A stretch of 64,000 nucleotides of DNA, taken from an uncultured Gemmatimonadales bacterium. Lineage in GTDB: Bacteria; Gemmatimonadota; Gemmatimonadetes; Gemmatimonadales; GWC2-71-9. Positions 61,599-64,000 of the stretch are shown here, in pieces. The position numbers were made by a program, and so were the translations under genes. How positions within the stretch are numbered: position 1 is the first letter of the stretch; every line of letters starts with the position of its first letter. The stretch is taken from contig CAWCVB010000003.1 of the NCBI GenBank assembly GCA_963798915.1, positions 96,001-160,000 of the forward strand. The letters are read 5' to 3'. The notes under the pieces were generated by a model. That model made no database searches and was not told the DNA's origin. It worked only from the letters and a program-made list of their open reading frames with translations.

Positions 61599-62091
61599 TC
61601 AGCGCCCATGCCCCCCTCCCGCACCCTCCCCGCGGATCAGCCCCACCGCATGCCCGATCAGTGGCGCCAGCACGTCGAGCCCGTCGCGCACACCGCTGGG
61701 GCTGCCGGGCAGGTTCACGATCAGCGTCCGGCCCCGCACGCCGGCCACGCCGCGTGACAGCACGGCATACGGCACTTTCGGATAATTCGCTAAGACGAAT
61801 CGCCTCGGCGATGCCGGGCGCTTCGCGGGTCAGAACCGGTTGGGTTGCCTCTGGCGTGACATCGCGGGCTGCGAGGCCGGTGCCGCCAGTGGTGAGCACC
61901 AGATCAGCGGAGTCGTTATCCGACCAACGCAAGAGCCACTCGCTGATGCGCTGGCGCTCGTCAGGCACCATCTCCCGCGCTACCACGTCGTAGCCCTGCG
62001 CCATGGCCCACTGAGCAATGGCGGGGCCGGAGAGATCTTCCCGCTCGCCTCTGCTCCCGGCGTCCGAAATGGTGAGCACGGCGATACGCAT
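61599..62091 (-). CDS. mog: Molybdopterin adenylyltransferase Mog/MoaB family; frameshift near 61790
   Basis: LTISD, TTGGTG..RDVTPEA, then SRGVAG...NLPGSP in second frame. Confidence 0.85.
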
Positions 62092-62096
62092 GACGC

Positions 62097-63200
62097 TTAC
62101 TTCGCCTTGTGGACCGAACCGCTGGTGTAAAATGGCCGGGTCACCACTTCCGCCGGCACGTTTTGTCCCCGGATTTCGATCTCGAACGTTGTGCCAGGCT
62201 TGGTGTTGCCGGCCGGCAGGTAGGTGGTGCCAATGCCGTAGCCCAGCGAGGGACTCACCGTCCCACTGCGCACGACATCCACCTGGCGCCCGTCAAACCA
62301 GACCGGGTATCCGTGGCGGGGAAAGGTCTTCCCTTCGGTCCTGAAGCCAACCATTCGCCGGGTCACGCCCCGCTCCTTCTGGGCCTTCAACGCCCCGGCG
62401 CCAGTGAACGGGGCACCCTTGTCGAGCTTCACGATCCAGCCGAGACCGGCCTCGAGAGGCGTGACGGTATCATCGATTTCATTTCCGTAAAGGGCGTAAG
62501 CCATTTCCAGCCGCAGCGAATCGCGCGCGCCGAGGCCGATCGGCACCGCCCCCGCCGCGGTGAGCGCCGTCCAGAGTGCTGGCGTGTCCGCCGCACGACA
62601 ATAAAGCTCGAACCCATCCTCCCCGGTGTAGCCGGTGCGCGAGACAAAGCAGCCCGCGCCCGCCACGCGACCGCTGGTGAAGTGATAGTACGCCACGTCG
62701 CGCAGTCTGACGTCGGTCAGTGGCTGCAGTACGGCTTCGGCCCTGGGCCCTTGCAATGCCAGCAGCCCGGTGTCGTCGGAGATGTCCCGCAGCCGCACGT
62801 TGGCGCCGACCTTGAGGTCCACGATGTGCTTCCACGCCTTTTCCCGGTTCGATGCGTTCACCACGATCATGATCTTGTCGTCGAAGCGGTAGACCGTGCA
62901 GTCGTCCACGAAGGTGCCCTCCCTCGTGAGGATGGCGGAGTACTGCACCTGGCCGGATGCCAGTGCGCCGACGTCATTACAGGTGACCCGGTTGACGAAC
63001 GCATTCCGGTCCGGCCCCGTGACTTCGAACTCGCCCATGTGAGAGACATCAAAGATGCCCACGTCGGCGCGCACCGCCTGGTGCTCGGCGGTGATGCCGG
63101 TGGGATACTGGACCGGCATCTCGTAGCCGGCAAAGGGCACCATCCTGGCGCCGAGGGCAAGGTGGGCGGAATGGAGAGGGGTATGTCTGAGAGAGGTCAT
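62097..63200 (-). CDS. gcvT: Glycine cleavage system T protein
   Basis: FDVSHMGE, VVNASN, RTGYTGEDGFE, GLGARDSLRLE. Confidence 0.95.
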   Translation of the reverse strand: MTSLRHTPLHSAHLALGARMVPFAGYEMPVQYPTGITAEHQAVRADVGIFDVSHMGEFEVTGPDRNAFVNRVTCNDVGALASGQVQYSAILTREGTFVDDCTVYRFDDKIMIVVNASNREKAWKHIVDLKVGANVRLRDISDDTGLLALQGPRAEAVLQPLTDVRLRDVAYYHFTSGRVAGAGCFVSRTGYTGEDGFELYCRAADTPALWTALTAAGAVPIGLGARDSLRLEMAYALYGNEIDDTVTPLEAGLGWIVKLDKGAPFTGAGALKAQKERGVTRRMVGFRTEGKTFPRHGYPVWFDGRQVDVVRSGTVSPSLGYGIGTTYLPAGNTKPGTTFEIEIRGQNVPAEVVTRPFYTSGSVHKAK

Positions 63201-63262
63201 CGGTCGTCAGTCATCTGTCGTTGGTTGTGAACGAGTGGCCTTCGGTCGTCAGTCCTTGGTCG

Positions 63263-64000
63263 TCAACTGACGACTGAAGACTGATGACCGACGACCAGCA
63301 TAGCCATCAGGGCCTTCTGTGCATGCAGCCGATTCTCCGCTTCGTCAAATACGCGGGAGCGGGGTCCTTCGATCACTGCGTCGGTCACTTCCTCACCCCG
63401 GTGGGCGGGGAGGCAGTGCAGGAAGATGGCATCCTTGGCCGCCTGGGCCATGAGCGCCTCGTCCACCGTGAAGCCGGTGAAGGCTCGCTCGCGCGCCTGC
63501 TGCTCCTCCTCCTGCCCCATCGAGGCCCAGACGTCGGTATTCACGACATGGGCACCGGAGACGGCCGCACGCGGGTCGCGGTGCAGCGAGACGGGTGCGA
63601 GCGCCTGGTTCCGTTCCAGGATGCCGGCATCCGGATCGTACCCTTCCGGGCAGGCCAGCCGCAACTCGAAACCGAGCACACCGGCCGCATTGATCCAGCT
63701 GTGTGCCATGTTATTGCCATCACCGACCCACGCGACCACCCGGCCCTCCCAGGTGCCGAAGTTTTCGCACAGTGTCAGCAGGTCTGCCAGCACCTGGCAG
63801 GGGTGCAGCAGGTCGGTGAGGCCGTTGATGATCGGAATGGTGGCATAGCGCGCCAGCTCTTCGACGTCGGCGTGGGCAAAAGTTCGGATCATGATCAGGT
63901 CGAGATAGCGCGAGAGCACCCGCGCCGTGTCCTTGATCGGCTCGCCACGGCCGAGCTGGATGTCCCGGCTGCTGAGAAAAATGGCCCGCCCGCCCAGCTG
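63263..64000 (-). CDS. argF: Ornithine carbamoyltransferase (5' truncated by window)
   Basis: HPCQ, GDGNN, DVWASMGQ, HCLP, AENRLH. Confidence 0.95.
   Translation of the reverse strand, partial: QLGGRAIFLSSRDIQLGRGEPIKDTARVLSRYLDLIMIRTFAHADVEELARYATIPIINGLTDLLHPCQVLADLLTLCENFGTWEGRVVAWVGDGNNMAHSWINAAGVLGFELRLACPEGYDPDAGILERNQALAPVSLHRDPRAAVSGAHVVNTDVWASMGQEEEQQARERAFTGFTVDEALMAQAAKDAIFLHCLPAHRGEEVTDAVIEGPRSRVFDEAENRLHAQKALMAMLVVGHQSSVVS

Overview
High-GC bacterial chromosomal window, probably Gemmatimonadota (inferred from gene content and style). It is mostly housekeeping and metabolic genes: TerC, MFS, M20 peptidase-dapD, nadBAC with ETF-QO, etfBA-gcdH, IDH, the F0 half plus delta of ATP synthase, MoxR, mog, gcvT and argF. 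Nearly every intergenic gap carries short 7-9 bp tandem repeats, several REP-like palindromes are present, and many genes look leaderless. The top candidate for an undescribed system lies at about 49-57 kb: an Fe-S/hydrogenase-like diguanylate cyclase, a conserved hypothetical, an unannotated 26-aa peptide (MLLIDVVSAMVNFVAKLLMADGQDWV) with a strong RBS, and a membrane HD-GYP protein, convergent on a BTAD-AAA-TPR regulator. The peptide, the HD-GYP gene and only the C-terminal third of the regulator form one low-GC block, as a swapped peptide/receptor specificity cassette would. Other points of note: a four-helix-bundle gene inserted antisense in the gcdH-etfBA operon between inverted heptamer arrays, four Uma2 genes sharing an upstream motif, a duplicated mog 3' end bracketing a multiply frameshifted prolyl oligopeptidase, a subclass B3 metallo-beta-lactamase, and a Rex-like box over the atp promoter. 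Scattered single-base frameshifts suggest long-read assembly errors.
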